Shown piece by piece: positions 1-10,329 of a stretch of 64,000 nucleotides of DNA. The stretch is from assembly GCA_964036045.1 (NCBI GenBank), contig OZ038378.1, positions 177,568,001 to 177,632,000 on the forward strand. The letters run 5' to 3'. A program made the position numbers and the translations under genes. Under the pieces are notes generated by a model. It was not told the origin of the DNA. It ran no database searches and saw only the letters and a list, made by a program, of their open reading frames with translations. Every line of letters begins with the position of its first letter. Positions within the stretch are counted from its first letter, which is position 1. The stretch comes from Eutreptiella sp. 'Long Island Sound 2002'. Lineage: Eukaryota > Protista > Euglenida.

Positions 1-2790
1 CCCTACGCCCCAGTGAAGCCCCGCACTGCACCCCTGCAGAGCCCCACATTGCGCCCTTGCGCAGCCCCGCACTACGACCCTGCGCAGCCCCACACGGCGC
101 CCCTGTGCACTCCCACGCTGCGCCCTTGGGCAGCCCTACTGTGCGCCCCTTGCGCAGCCCCCTGCATTGTGCCCCTCTGCAATCCCACGCTGCATCCCTG
201 TGCAGCCCTGTACTGCACCCCAACGCAGCCCCACACTACGCCCTTGCGCCGCCCTGCATGGCGCCCCTGCGCAATTCCACACCGCGCCTTTGCACGGCCC
301 TACTCTGCGCCCATGCACAGCCCCGCACTGCGCCTGCACAGCCCCACACTGCGCCCTTGCGCAGCCCTGCATTGGGCCCCTGTCCAATCCCACGCTTCGC
401 CCTTGCGCAGCCCCACCCTGCGCCCCAGTGAAGCCCCGCACTGCACCCCTGCAGAGCCCCACATTGTGCCCTTGCGCAGCCCCGCACTACGACCCTGCAC
501 AGCCCCAGATGGCGCCCCTGTGCACTCCCATGCTGCGCCCTTGTGCAGCCCTACTCTGCGCCCCTTGTGCAGCCCAGCATTGCACCCCTGCGCAGCCCCA
601 ACTGCACCCTTGCGCACCCCTGCATTGCGCCCCTGTGCAATCCCATGCTGCGCCATTGCGCCGCCCGGCATGGCGCCCCTGCGCAATTCCACACTGTGCC
701 TTTGCACAGCCCTACTCTGCGCCCCTGCGCAGCCCCGCAATGTGCCCCTGCGCATCCCCACACGGCGCCCTTGCGCAATCCCATGCTGCGCCCTTGCGTA
801 GCCCTGCACGGCACCCCAGTGCAATCCCATGCTGCACCCGTGCGCACCCGTGCGCAGCCCCACACTGCACTCATGCACAGCCCCACAGTGCGCCCTAGGG
901 CAATCCCACGCTGCGCCCCTGCGCAGCCCCGCACTGCGCCCCTGCGCATCCCCACACGGTGCCCCTGTGCAATCTCATGATGGGCCCCTGCACAGCCCCG
1001 CACTGTGCTCATGCAGAGCCCCACACTGCGCCCTTGCGCAGCCCCGCACTGCGCCCCTGCGCATCCCCGCACGGCGGCCCTGTGCAATCCCATGCTGCGC
1101 CCCTGCGCAGCCCTGCACGGCGCCCCAGTGCAAACCCACACAGCAACCCTGCGCAGCACTGCACTGCGCCCCTGCACAGCCCTGCTCTGTGCCCTTGCGC
1201 CGCCCTGCACAGCGCCCCTGCGCAATTCCACACTGCGCCTTTGCACAGCCCTACTCTGCGCCCATGCGCAACCCCACACTGCGCTCATGCGCAGCCCCGC
1301 ACTGCGCCCCTGCGCATTGCGGAGGGGCACCGTGCAAGGCTGCGCAAGGGCGCAGTGTAGGGCTGCGCAGGGCCGCTGTGTGGGGCTACGCAAGGGGCAG
1401 TGCGGGGCTGCGCAGGGGCGCAGCGTGGGATTGTCCACACTGCGCCCTTGCGCAGCCCCGCACTGCGCCCCTAAGCAGCTGCACACGGTGCCCCAATGAA
1501 AACCCAGGCTGCGCCCCTACACAACCCCGCACTGCGCCCTTGCGCAGCCCCGCACGACGCCCCTGTGCAGACCCACACTGCGCCCCTGCGCAATCCTGCG
1601 CTGTGCCCCTGCGCAGCCCCGCACAGCGCCCCTGTGCAGCCCCGCACAGCACCCTTGCGCAGCCCCGCACAGCGCCCCTGTGCAGTCCCACAGTGCGCCC
1701 TTGCGCAGCCCCGCACTGCGCCCCTAAGCAGCTGCACACGGTGCCCCAATGAAAACCCAGGCTGCGCCCCTACACAGCCCCGCACTGCGCCCTTGCGCAA
1801 CCCCGCACTACGCCCCTATGCAGACCCACACTGCGCCCCTGCGCAATCCTGCGCTGCGCCCCTGTGCAGCCCCGCACAGCGCCCTTGCGCAGCCCCGTAC
1901 AGCGCCCCTGTGCAGTCCCACACTGCGCCCTTGAGCAGCCCCGCATTACACCCCTGCGCAACCCCGCACTGCGCCCCTGCTCATTCCCACGTTGCGCCCC
2001 TACGCAGCCCCACACTGCGCCCCAATGCAATCCCACACTGCGCCCTTGCGCAGCCCCGCACTGTGCCTCTACGCAGCCCCACACGGCGCCCCAGTGCAGT
2101 CCCAGGCTGCGCCCCTGCGTAGCCCTGCATTACGCCCCTGCGCAGCCCAGCACTGCGCCCCTGGTCAATCCCATGGTCAATCCCACGCTGTGCCCCTACG
2201 CAGCCCCACACTGCGCCCTTGCGTAGCCCCACACTGCACCCCTATGCAATCCCACACTCTGCCCTTGCGCGGCCCCGCACCGCGCCCTTGCGCAGCCCGG
2301 CAGCCCACGCTGCGCCCTTGCGCAGCCCCGCATGGCGCCCCTGCACAGCCCTACTCTGTGCCCTCGCGCAGCCCTGCACTGCTCCCCTACGCAGCGCCCC
2401 ACTGTGCCCTTGCGCAGCTCTGCATTGCGCCCTTGCGCAACTGCGCACTGCACCCCAGCGCAGTCCCGCGCTGCGCCCCCACGAAGCCCCGCGCTGTGCT
2501 CATGTGCAGCCCCGCACAGCACCCCTGCACTGTCCCATGCTGCGTCATGCACAAACCCATGCTATCTTCTTACGCAGCCTTGCACTGTGCCCCTGCGCAG
2601 CCCCGCACTGCGCCCTGGCACAGTCCCACACTGCGCCCCTGCGCAGTTCCCCGCTGCACCCCTGCGCAGCCCTGCGCTGCGCCCTAGCACGGTCCCCGGA
2701 TGCGCCCCCGCGCAGTCCCATACAGCGCCATGCCCAGTCCCATGCTGCGCCCCTGCACAGTGCACAGTCATCTGTCATCTGTCAACTGCG
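1..2790. repeat. GC-rich degenerate minisatellite, ~23-bp unit (about CTGCGCCCTTGCGCAGCCCCRCA), running off the left edge
   Basis: The unit recurs continuously from 1 to ~2780. All ORFs here are Pro/Ala/Cys/His low-complexity translations of the repeat. Confidence 0.95.
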
Positions 2791-3571
2791 TGCCCCGAGA
2801 CGGCGCCCACTCACATGCGGCGTCGGACCCCGTGCACAGCTCCACCGCAGAACAAGGGCTCCCCGAGCGCCCCGCGCTGATGCCCCCACCGCCATGCCCA
2901 ACCCACAGCCCGGAACCCCACATAGCGGAGCCCCCCCCCCCCCCCCCCGTGCACCGAAACCTCCCACCATCCATCACCCCCAGTGGCGTGGGGTGTGGTG
3001 GCTCGCCACCCGCTTCGATCACCCTGGCGGGACCGAGTAAACCGTCCTTTGGGCGGTTGCGGGCCTCCATTTTCCTAGAGGTCCCCCTTCAGCTTTGCTG
3101 ATGCCTCGGGCGGGTCACGCAGATTCCAGATTCCAGATTCCCTGCAGAATTCCGAGAAACCGCCCCCAGCCCCCCCGCTGGATGAGTGTTTCTCAAAATA
3201 GCGCGTGACCGCCGGTGCGCACACAAAGAAGCTCCGCAAGCCGCTGTTTGGGCCCACAGTTTCTGTTTCTCCGTGTGGCGGGCCATGTCGGCCAAAACAT
3301 TCGGGATCCAAACGGCAGTCAACTTCATTTGCCCCCCCCCCCCCACCTCTGCATCCCCCGGTGGGGGTTCCGCGGTCAGCGCACTGTGTTCGACCATCCC
3401 CCTACCCAGTCCTTCGCCCACCCTGCAGGTGCACGTTGTGCAGCAAGTTCAGGTCTGCGCGCAGGCTGGGCCAGGGTGCATCCCCCTTGACAGTCATTGA
3501 TAACGATGCGGGCAGTCACGTCAGTATACTGCACATGGCCTTGAGGGCATCTCCCTCGCGCGGCCCCCGCC

Positions 3572-3834
3572 CAGGGATGTATTAGAAGGGGGGGGGGGGT
3601 CCTTGAAGGGCGGGGGGGTTTGGCACAAGGCCTCGGTATCTGAAGGGCGGGGGGGGAGCCCCCACTGAAGGCAGGCCGAAAATTTTTAAGCTTAAATTCT
3701 CTTGGCGCCGAAGCAAACTTTTGGCTGTCAGCCTCAAATATTGGAAGGGAAGAGTGGGGGGGAAGGGGGTCGGGGGGGGGGGGGGGGCTACCCCCCCTTC
3801 TCCTTCGGCGTACGGCCGTTCTAATACATCCCTG
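3572..3834. mobile_element. hAT-type MITE (263 bp) with 16-bp TIRs and an 8-bp TSD
   Basis: CAGGGATGTATTAGAA at 3572-3587 and its exact reverse complement TTCTAATACATCCCTG at 3819-3834. Flanks are CCCCCGCC (3564-3571) and CCCCAGCC (3835-3842), a 7/8 match. Confidence 0.85.
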
Positions 3835-3899
3835 CCCCAGCCCCGTGGGGTAGGCCGCACACGAAGGAAACTCCCGGTGCCCCCCTCCTCGGGCACCAT

Positions 3900-4394
3900 C
3901 AATGCCCCAACACTGCGCCCCGCACACCCACAATCGGCGCCACGAACAGGTCCCCGTCCTCCTCCGGCTGCGGGCCCAGCCAGGCCACCGCCGGCAAACT
4001 GTGCACCCCCGACACAAGGGACGCCCCCGGGTCCGGTCCGAGGCACTGCGCGAACGACGGGCAGTCGGCCGCCTCCGTCCGCCGCAGCGTCTTCCCGCGC
4101 ACTTGGGGGGAGCACGTGGCGGACGTGAACTCGTACTGTAGCTCGTCCGCCGCCGCGTCGTAGGTCGCCACGTAGCACGCGAAGCCCTGCAGCACGTCCT
4201 CGGCCATGCGGAGGCTGAGGTCGAAGAGGCGGCGCAGCGCGCGCACGCTCGTGGTCTTGTCCTGCTCGGCCTCCAGCGTGGCCAGGGCACGCTGCATCGC
4301 CTCCTGCTGCTTTGCCAGGAACGCCTCAGCCTCCGTGTCCAGCCCATCGTCCACCTCCTCCACCACCACATCGGAGGCAGCAGGGGCCATGAGG
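3900..4394 (-). CDS. Internal exon of hypothetical gene A (acidic/helical segment followed by a possible GAF-like segment); 3' end unresolved
   Basis: Acceptor tcccttcgcag| at 4395, phase 2. GC3-rich frame LMAPAASDVVVEEVDD...LFVAPIVGVRGAVLG stops right after a G-run at ~3905, and the adjacent frame continues ALMVPEEGG. The GAF resemblance is only an impression. Confidence 0.65.
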
Positions 4395-4641
4395 CTGCGA
4401 AGGGATGAGGGTGTGAGGGTGAGGGTGCAGTGGGGCAGGGTTGGGGTCAGGCCACGGCTTACTATTACTGGGGTAGCGGGGGGATGGAATGGCAGCCTGG
4501 GTGGGCTCCTCCGCCTGACCCACCGCATGTGACACCCAGATTACAAACAAATGACAAGGGTTTGAACTTGCAATCTGCATGTTGTCTCCCTGTCTGCAGC
4601 AATATTCAGAATGCCGAACCTGGCAGCATGAGGCATGCGTA

Positions 4642-5040
4642 CCGGGGAGGGGAAAATTAGGAACGTGCGAAATTTGGTGCAGAGAAAACTTGACACCAAT
4701 TGGTGAATAACACTGCAGAATTTGGTACAAAAATTCCCAGACTGTGGTACAAGAAGAAGCATAGACCGTGAATGCTGGGTGTCATTTCCTAAGGGCCTTT
4801 GGTTGGTTGCAGTTGTTTCTTGGAGGCTTCTAGATAGTTGTGTGGATGGTTGCTCGTATTTCTTGGAGGCATCTGGATGCTTGTTGTTGCGAACAATGGG
4901 CATGTGCATGCCAAGAGCGCTAGAAAAGATACCTAGAAAAAGGGCTTCGGATCTTCAAATACCATGGGATACTTTGGCATGCTTTTGTTGTGAATTTTGC
5001 CATTCCAAATGCTTCCTATTCCTAATTTCCCCCTCCCCAA
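4642..5040. mobile_element. TA-flanked MITE (Tc1/mariner-like TSD)
   Basis: CCGGGGAGGGGAAAATTAGGAA at 4642 and TTCCTAATTTCCCCCTCCCCAA ending at 5040, with TA on both sides (4640-41, 5041-42) in a near-palindromic catgc-TA-tgcatg target. Related G-run/AAATT ends occur at ~33370-33600 and ~34020-34220. Confidence 0.7.
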
Positions 5041-5522
5041 TATGCATGTGTGTGTGTGTGTGTGTGTGTACGTGCGATCGCGTGTAGGTGTGTCTGGTTG
5101 CCACAGACCGCGCTGCTATGGGCCTCTGTGCATGGCGGCGGATATGCAGGGGCCAAGAGGCAATCAGTCACCTGATGCGCTCCGCCGGACTTGGACTTGT
5201 GGGGGCCGCGACGCCGCGCGCTGCCCAAGCCTCCTCCTGAATACTGGCCGGTGCCTTCCGGTGGGACAAGGGGCCAGATTGCTGTGACACCTCCGAGGAG
5301 ACACTGGGTTCCCGTGACCTGTGGCAGCGGAATGTATGGGACACGGAGACAAGAAAACACCAGCACAACAATCACTGGAAAGTACGTCTACGGGTTTCAA
5401 TCGCACACATGCACGCAGGCGCGCCCACGCGCATGCTTGCGCGCATGCAAGCAGAGAGTTAAGTGCGCTCGCAAGCACATGGGGAAGACAGAGAGGCAAC
5501 GAGCGCCAGTCATTGCTATGAG

Positions 5523-5955
5523 CCCGGGGGGGCGACTACAACTGGTCCTGATGCGACAACCCCCCCCCCCCCAGCTATCTGTCAAAACTTGCGGGGGGGG
5601 GGGGGGAGTTGGGGCGGGCGGGGGTCGGCGGGGGGGTGGGGGGGGGGGTATTGGCAGCTTGGCGGGGGGGGGGGGGGCTGCGCGCAACCCACTACTATCA
5701 CATGCATACCTCAAGGGGGTGTCTGGGGGCATGGGGGTGTAGAGGTATGTATGCGATAATGGCGATATCTTGTCTTTGCCAGGAAGAAAGTCTTAAGGGT
5801 CTTACAGACCAAAGGCATAGTGCCCCTCTCAACGGAGCATGGGACAAAAAATTTGGCGCCGTTGGCGCCATGGCCCCCACATCGCTATCTTTCAAAACTC
5901 AGGGGGGGGTTGGGGGGTATCACATACAAGGACCGGGCGCGGCCGCCCCCCTGGG
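5523..5955. mobile_element. MITE with ~26-bp imperfect TIRs and a perfect 8-bp TSD; superfamily unassigned
   Basis: GCTATGAG at 5515-5522 and 5956-5963. Left end CCCGGGGGGGCGACTACAACTGGTCCT pairs with right end AGGACCGGGCGCGGCCGCCCCCCTGGG. Confidence 0.8.
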
Positions 5956-7378
5956 GCTATGAGGTCAAAAATGGGCGTGTGAAACGGGCACTGCATGTGC
6001 CCAAAAGTTTTCTCACCAGCCAAAATGGGTGATGTTCCTGGAAACTGGTTAATACCACCATTTCAATCTTCAAAACGAGCACTGTGTCGTTGACATCATC
6101 CACGTCACTCGCAGGAACTTCGACCTCAGGGCCCTCAGAGCCCTTTGTAGACAAGGGCCGGGGAGGGGGAGCTTTGACCCCGTCTCCCAGGCCCCGGCAG
6201 CGGGTGGGGGCTGCAGGACAACTCCTCAATTTAGCAGCAAACGGCCCCCGTGTCCAACTGCTCCTGCCAGCACGGCCTTTACGGCTTCCTGTTCAGTGCG
6301 CCAGATCCAATGCGCAGCTGTTTGCTGTCCAAATGTTCAATGGCTGGGGTAAGGGACAAGGCCCCTACCTCCCTTTTCCACTGCACCAGGTCAGCTGTCA
6401 CCCGTTGGGCCATCCGTACTGCAAACACTCGGAATGGCTCACTCCCTTTTCCAATCGGCAGTTCGGGCCGTACCTTCCACCGGGTGAGAGGCGTACGTGG
6501 AGGTCAGGGGTCATCGGTGGGACTGCATTTGCTTGCGCTGGCCCTGGGCGGCCATGCGGTCCCCTGCTGGTGTCTGGTCCTTGGGCCTACGGGCCCAGTG
6601 GGTACAGGCTGTTTTGGACTTAAGTACACATGCAGAGGGTGGGGGGGATTTCAGCCGAGGAAAATTTCGGCAGCCCCGAATTCTGGTGGTGCCTTGTGTA
6701 CAGTTTCGGTGAATTTCGGCACAGCCAAATCTTGGGGAACTGTGGTACCAGGGGGTGAAAAAATTTAAGAGGTTTTTTTTTGTGATGACCCAAATTAAGG
6801 GGGTAAAAAATTGGTATTGCTCCTTAGAAATGAAGGAAATTTTTGGTATGAGGCTCCTTGCTGCTGCTTCCTAGTGGATGTGCATTGTGGATTCCGGGTG
6901 GGCTCTGGATGGTTACTGTTAGAGAACACAGTGTTAATCAACACCGCGTCTCATCTCTATGTTACGCATTCGCACTGCATGCAGCACACAGGAAACCCTC
7001 CCTGCAGCCCATGTTCGATGCATGCCACAGAGAATCCTTAAAATTGAAGGGAAAATTTGGTACGAGGGAGGGCTTCGAAATTTGTCCAAATCAATTTTTT
7101 CACCGCCTAATTCCCCCCCCCCCCCTGGTACTTGCCCCACCGTAAGCAAAGGTCAGCCCCATTTGCGCAAAAAATTTCGTGGTGAAATTTTGGCACCAAT
7201 CTGAAAGCCACCCCCGTGTAGAACATACCAAGGTGGGTGTGGTGCAGGTGCGGGGGATCTTCAATCATGGAACAGTGCCCTGCCCGGTGTCGAGCAGCGT
7301 GAGCCTTCCGTGTTGCAGGTTGACACCGTGTCACTGTTCGAAGTGCCCGGGGAGGGGGAAATGATTTGCACACGGGAC

Positions 7379-7491
7379 CTTGTGGGTGGCGAGACTCGTG
7401 TCGGTGAGCGCGAAACCGCTCGTGACCGTGGCAGGGCATGACATTGTGGAGAGGCGAGTGCAGTTGTGGCGGGGGCGGGGGCGGGGGGTTT
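7379..7491 (-). CDS. Candidate internal exon of gene A (low-complexity, phase 0 to 2)
   Basis: ttgcacag|AAA acceptor and AG|gtcccg donor give KPPAPAPATTALASP...SPPT. It is needed only if the ~8.4-kb exon is read 8556-8380. Confidence 0.3.
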
Positions 7492-7789
7492 CTGTGCAAG
7501 CAACTGACCACGTGACACTCGAGTGTGGGGCCGAACGGCTGTGCGGCATTTGACCCGTGTGCCTCCCTCCGGCCCCCACGGACTCAGCGTTTTTGCCCAT
7601 CAAAATCGCTGACCAAACAACACATGTGCCTGTCTCAGACCTTCGCTTAAGCCCCCTCCAGCTCCACACTGTGGAGGAGGTGGAGGGGGTGGCGGTCAGA
7701 GAGGGGGATCCCCGGAGTTAATTTCACCCGAGCAACAGTTTCCTGGTGTGCGTCAACCAAGGCCCCAAATTGACCCCCCCCCCCCCCGA

Positions 7790-8110
7790 CGGAACTCCGG
7801 GCTATTACACGTGCGCACAAGAGGCAGTGAGAAAATGGGCTCGTCAGTGGCCCACAAGACCATAGGTACCTTTCTATCACAAAGAATGAGACACGAAGAC
7901 GCCAGTGGACAGGCCACTAACAAGAAACGGTGGCGATGCAGCAGCACGTTGTCGACCACCGCCAGGCAGCAGCCACTGGATCCGCCTGTCAATTAGGGAG
8001 TTCACAAAACGGCGGAAAAACAGGCACCCTCCAAAAGGACACGGCCCCAAGGGGATGCATGTCATTTCCCCGCCCCCCCCCCCTTTTGGACAGACAGGAC
8101 AGACATGAGG
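7790..8110. repeat. Dispersed repeat; second copy at ~24540-24900 in the syntaxin intron
   Basis: Shared ggctcgtcagtggccNacaagaccatagg...tcacaaagaatg...cacgaaga(c/t)gccagtggacaggccac at both loci. Confidence 0.8.
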
Positions 8111-8379
8111 GGGAGTGCGACATCGAGTCAGGAGGCGCGACCGCTGTGGACGGGGCTAGAGGGGGTTGGAGACCATGGAACCCCTTGGCATGTGGAGCGA
8201 CCTAGGGACCTAAGGACTAGGGGGGGGGAGGGTGGCGCACAGCCCCCTCTGCACACGCCAGGGCCTGCAGTCGCGGACACACCGCAAAAGGCCAACCTCC
8301 CCGAAACGTCGCTGCGTTTGGCACGAAGCAGCAGCCCCCCGTGGCACCAACCGAGGAACACCACTCATAGACATCATAC

Positions 8380-8570
8380 CGGAGGAGACTGCGTCGTTTC
8401 GGGCCACTGTACTCGGGCTTCGCAGGCGGAACCGGGTCTTTGTGACTGGGAGCAGAGCAGATACGTCGGCTTTGGGGCCCGCATGGCCTCCTCCCTCGAC
8501 ACGCCCTTTCCACATCCCCAAGAGAGTCCTGCTTCCCCGCGCAGGACGGGCGCTGTCTGGTGGCCCCACA
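8380..8570 (-). CDS. Candidate internal exon of gene A; two acceptors (8570 or 8556) give different frames
   Basis: Donor CG|gtatga at 8379. Acceptor ctcacag| (8570, phase 0 to 2) joins directly to the 4394 exon; acceptor caccag| (8556, phase 0 to 0) requires the 7379-7491 exon. Confidence 0.4.
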
Positions 8571-10029
8571 CTGTGAGCCCAGGAAGCGCAGGGACAGCGG
8601 TGGACACTGGGCGAACTACACGCTACACCAACCGCCATAATAGAACCACCCCCCTGCACAGCACTGGACACCGGGAGTATCACACAGTGCCCCCACGTGC
8701 AGCGTGCAGCGTGCAGCGGGAATCATTCCACCCGCCAATGAACCGCAAGCACAAATTGGATGCCTCACATACAGCCTGCACCCCCCCCCCCCTCTTGTGT
8801 GCAGGGACAATGGCAGGAAAACGACGGGAAGACGGGCTCCCCATGCTGAGACAAGGCCGGGCATGCGCGTGGCCCAGGGTACGACAAAGAAAAAGTACAT
8901 CTACCCCTGCCCATACACCACTCAAACCAAAAGTCTCACAACGGGGCACCACACAAGAATATGCAGGCAAAATTCAGCATCTTCTTGATGTCATCACTAC
9001 CCATCAGGGGATCAGGAGCTACGGAACAGAAGCCCTTTCCAAGCTTGCGCCTCCCCTGAAACAAGGGCACATGCTTGCCCTTTGAGGCAGGCTTTGGAGC
9101 GGCTTTGGCTGCAGGTTTTGGGACCCCGCTGTGTGGGCCCTACACCTGCCATTACCATGAGCTTAAGACATACGCATCCGGGAACGGGCCCCTCCCAGCA
9201 AAAACACGGGTGCTCCAACGACTTCACACTTGCTGCCTGGCCCAGCCAGTCACCGCCAGGGCACCACAGGATGAAATGGAATTCTTCATGCTTCTATTTC
9301 TTTCCCATGGAAGTGGAAAGCCACTCCAGAGTGCTCCGACACAGAGGCCTGTCGTCCTTGTACCTCAATGGGGACTGACTTCTGACTGCCCCCCCACACT
9401 CTTCCTCGTCACCCTTTTCTTGTCGGATGACTGGATTTCGGCCCCGGCAGCTCCCCCACTATTCACTATCACCCCCCGGGTGTGGGAATGGGGCGATTGC
9501 TGGCTGTGATGCCGCCCTTGTACAATCTTCCTCATTACATTGCGTTGTCTCACTTCTGAGCTGACCTCCGCCGGCCAATGCATTGACCCTTGGCCCGGGG
9601 ATGCCCTAGTTTCATATGCCAAGAGCAAATGATTTGCAGTTCACACAAAAAAGGTTTGCTTTTGTGCAATCTTTCATCTAAAGCATCGTGCTGACACATC
9701 AAGTCCCTACAAAAGCAAAGTGAGCTCATCTAATCTCCCAAACTGTGCAAAACGGGAGTACAAGACATTGCATTCGGATCTTTGATCTGGGTATACTTTT
9801 GTACGATGGGGTGGCATTCTGAGGGCTTTCAGTTTGTGGTTACGGACTTTGTTTCCCCCCAAAAAAGAAGATGAAATGGGACTGGGCTTCCCATGGTCAA
9901 GGCCCCAAACGATGCCGCTCTCATTGCCCCGGCTCCCAGTCGCTGCTGCACCACCGGCCCACCGCCCCAGCCCCGCCACAAACGCACAGACAAGGGGGAC
10001 GGGGCCCGCCACCTGCCCGTGGAACTTAC

Positions 10030-10191
10030 GGAGCTGCGCCTCCGGAACTTGCGGAACTCATGGTGCTGCAGCTGCACCAGCGCCAATTCCTTGTCACGTC
10101 GGCGGCACTCCTCGTGCATGGCTGCCTTGCGGGCCCGGAGGGTCTCTAGGAGCTCGTTCTGAGCGTCCTGTTCTGGGCTCCAGCCCGGGTC
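10030..10191 (-). CDS. Exon 2 of hypothetical gene A (coiled-coil-like)
   Basis: ctgcccacag| acceptor and |gtaagt donor; 54 codons, DPGWSPEQDAQNELLETLRARKAAMHEECRRRDKELALVQLQHHEFRKFRRRSS; GC3-rich; phase 0/0 fits exon 1. Confidence 0.85.
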
Positions 10192-10329
10192 CTGTGGGCA
10201 GCGGGAGGTTGGGGGGGCAGGAAGGAGTGGGAGGGTGTAGAGAATGATCGGTGGAAGTGGGGGGGGGGGGGCAGATGGGGGCGACGTTTCTAGAAGGCGC
10301 TGCCCCCCCCCCCCCCCCGCCCCCCAGCG

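Noticed and set aside
13-2780. Many 100-300 aa ORFs on both strands
   Set aside because: They are translations of a stop-poor 23-bp GC-rich satellite with no protein-like composition.
5957-6229. Acidic minus-strand ORF (EVPASDVDDVNDTVLVLK) as an exon of gene A
   Set aside because: Its apparent acceptor is phase 1 and does not fit either phase-consistent exon chain.
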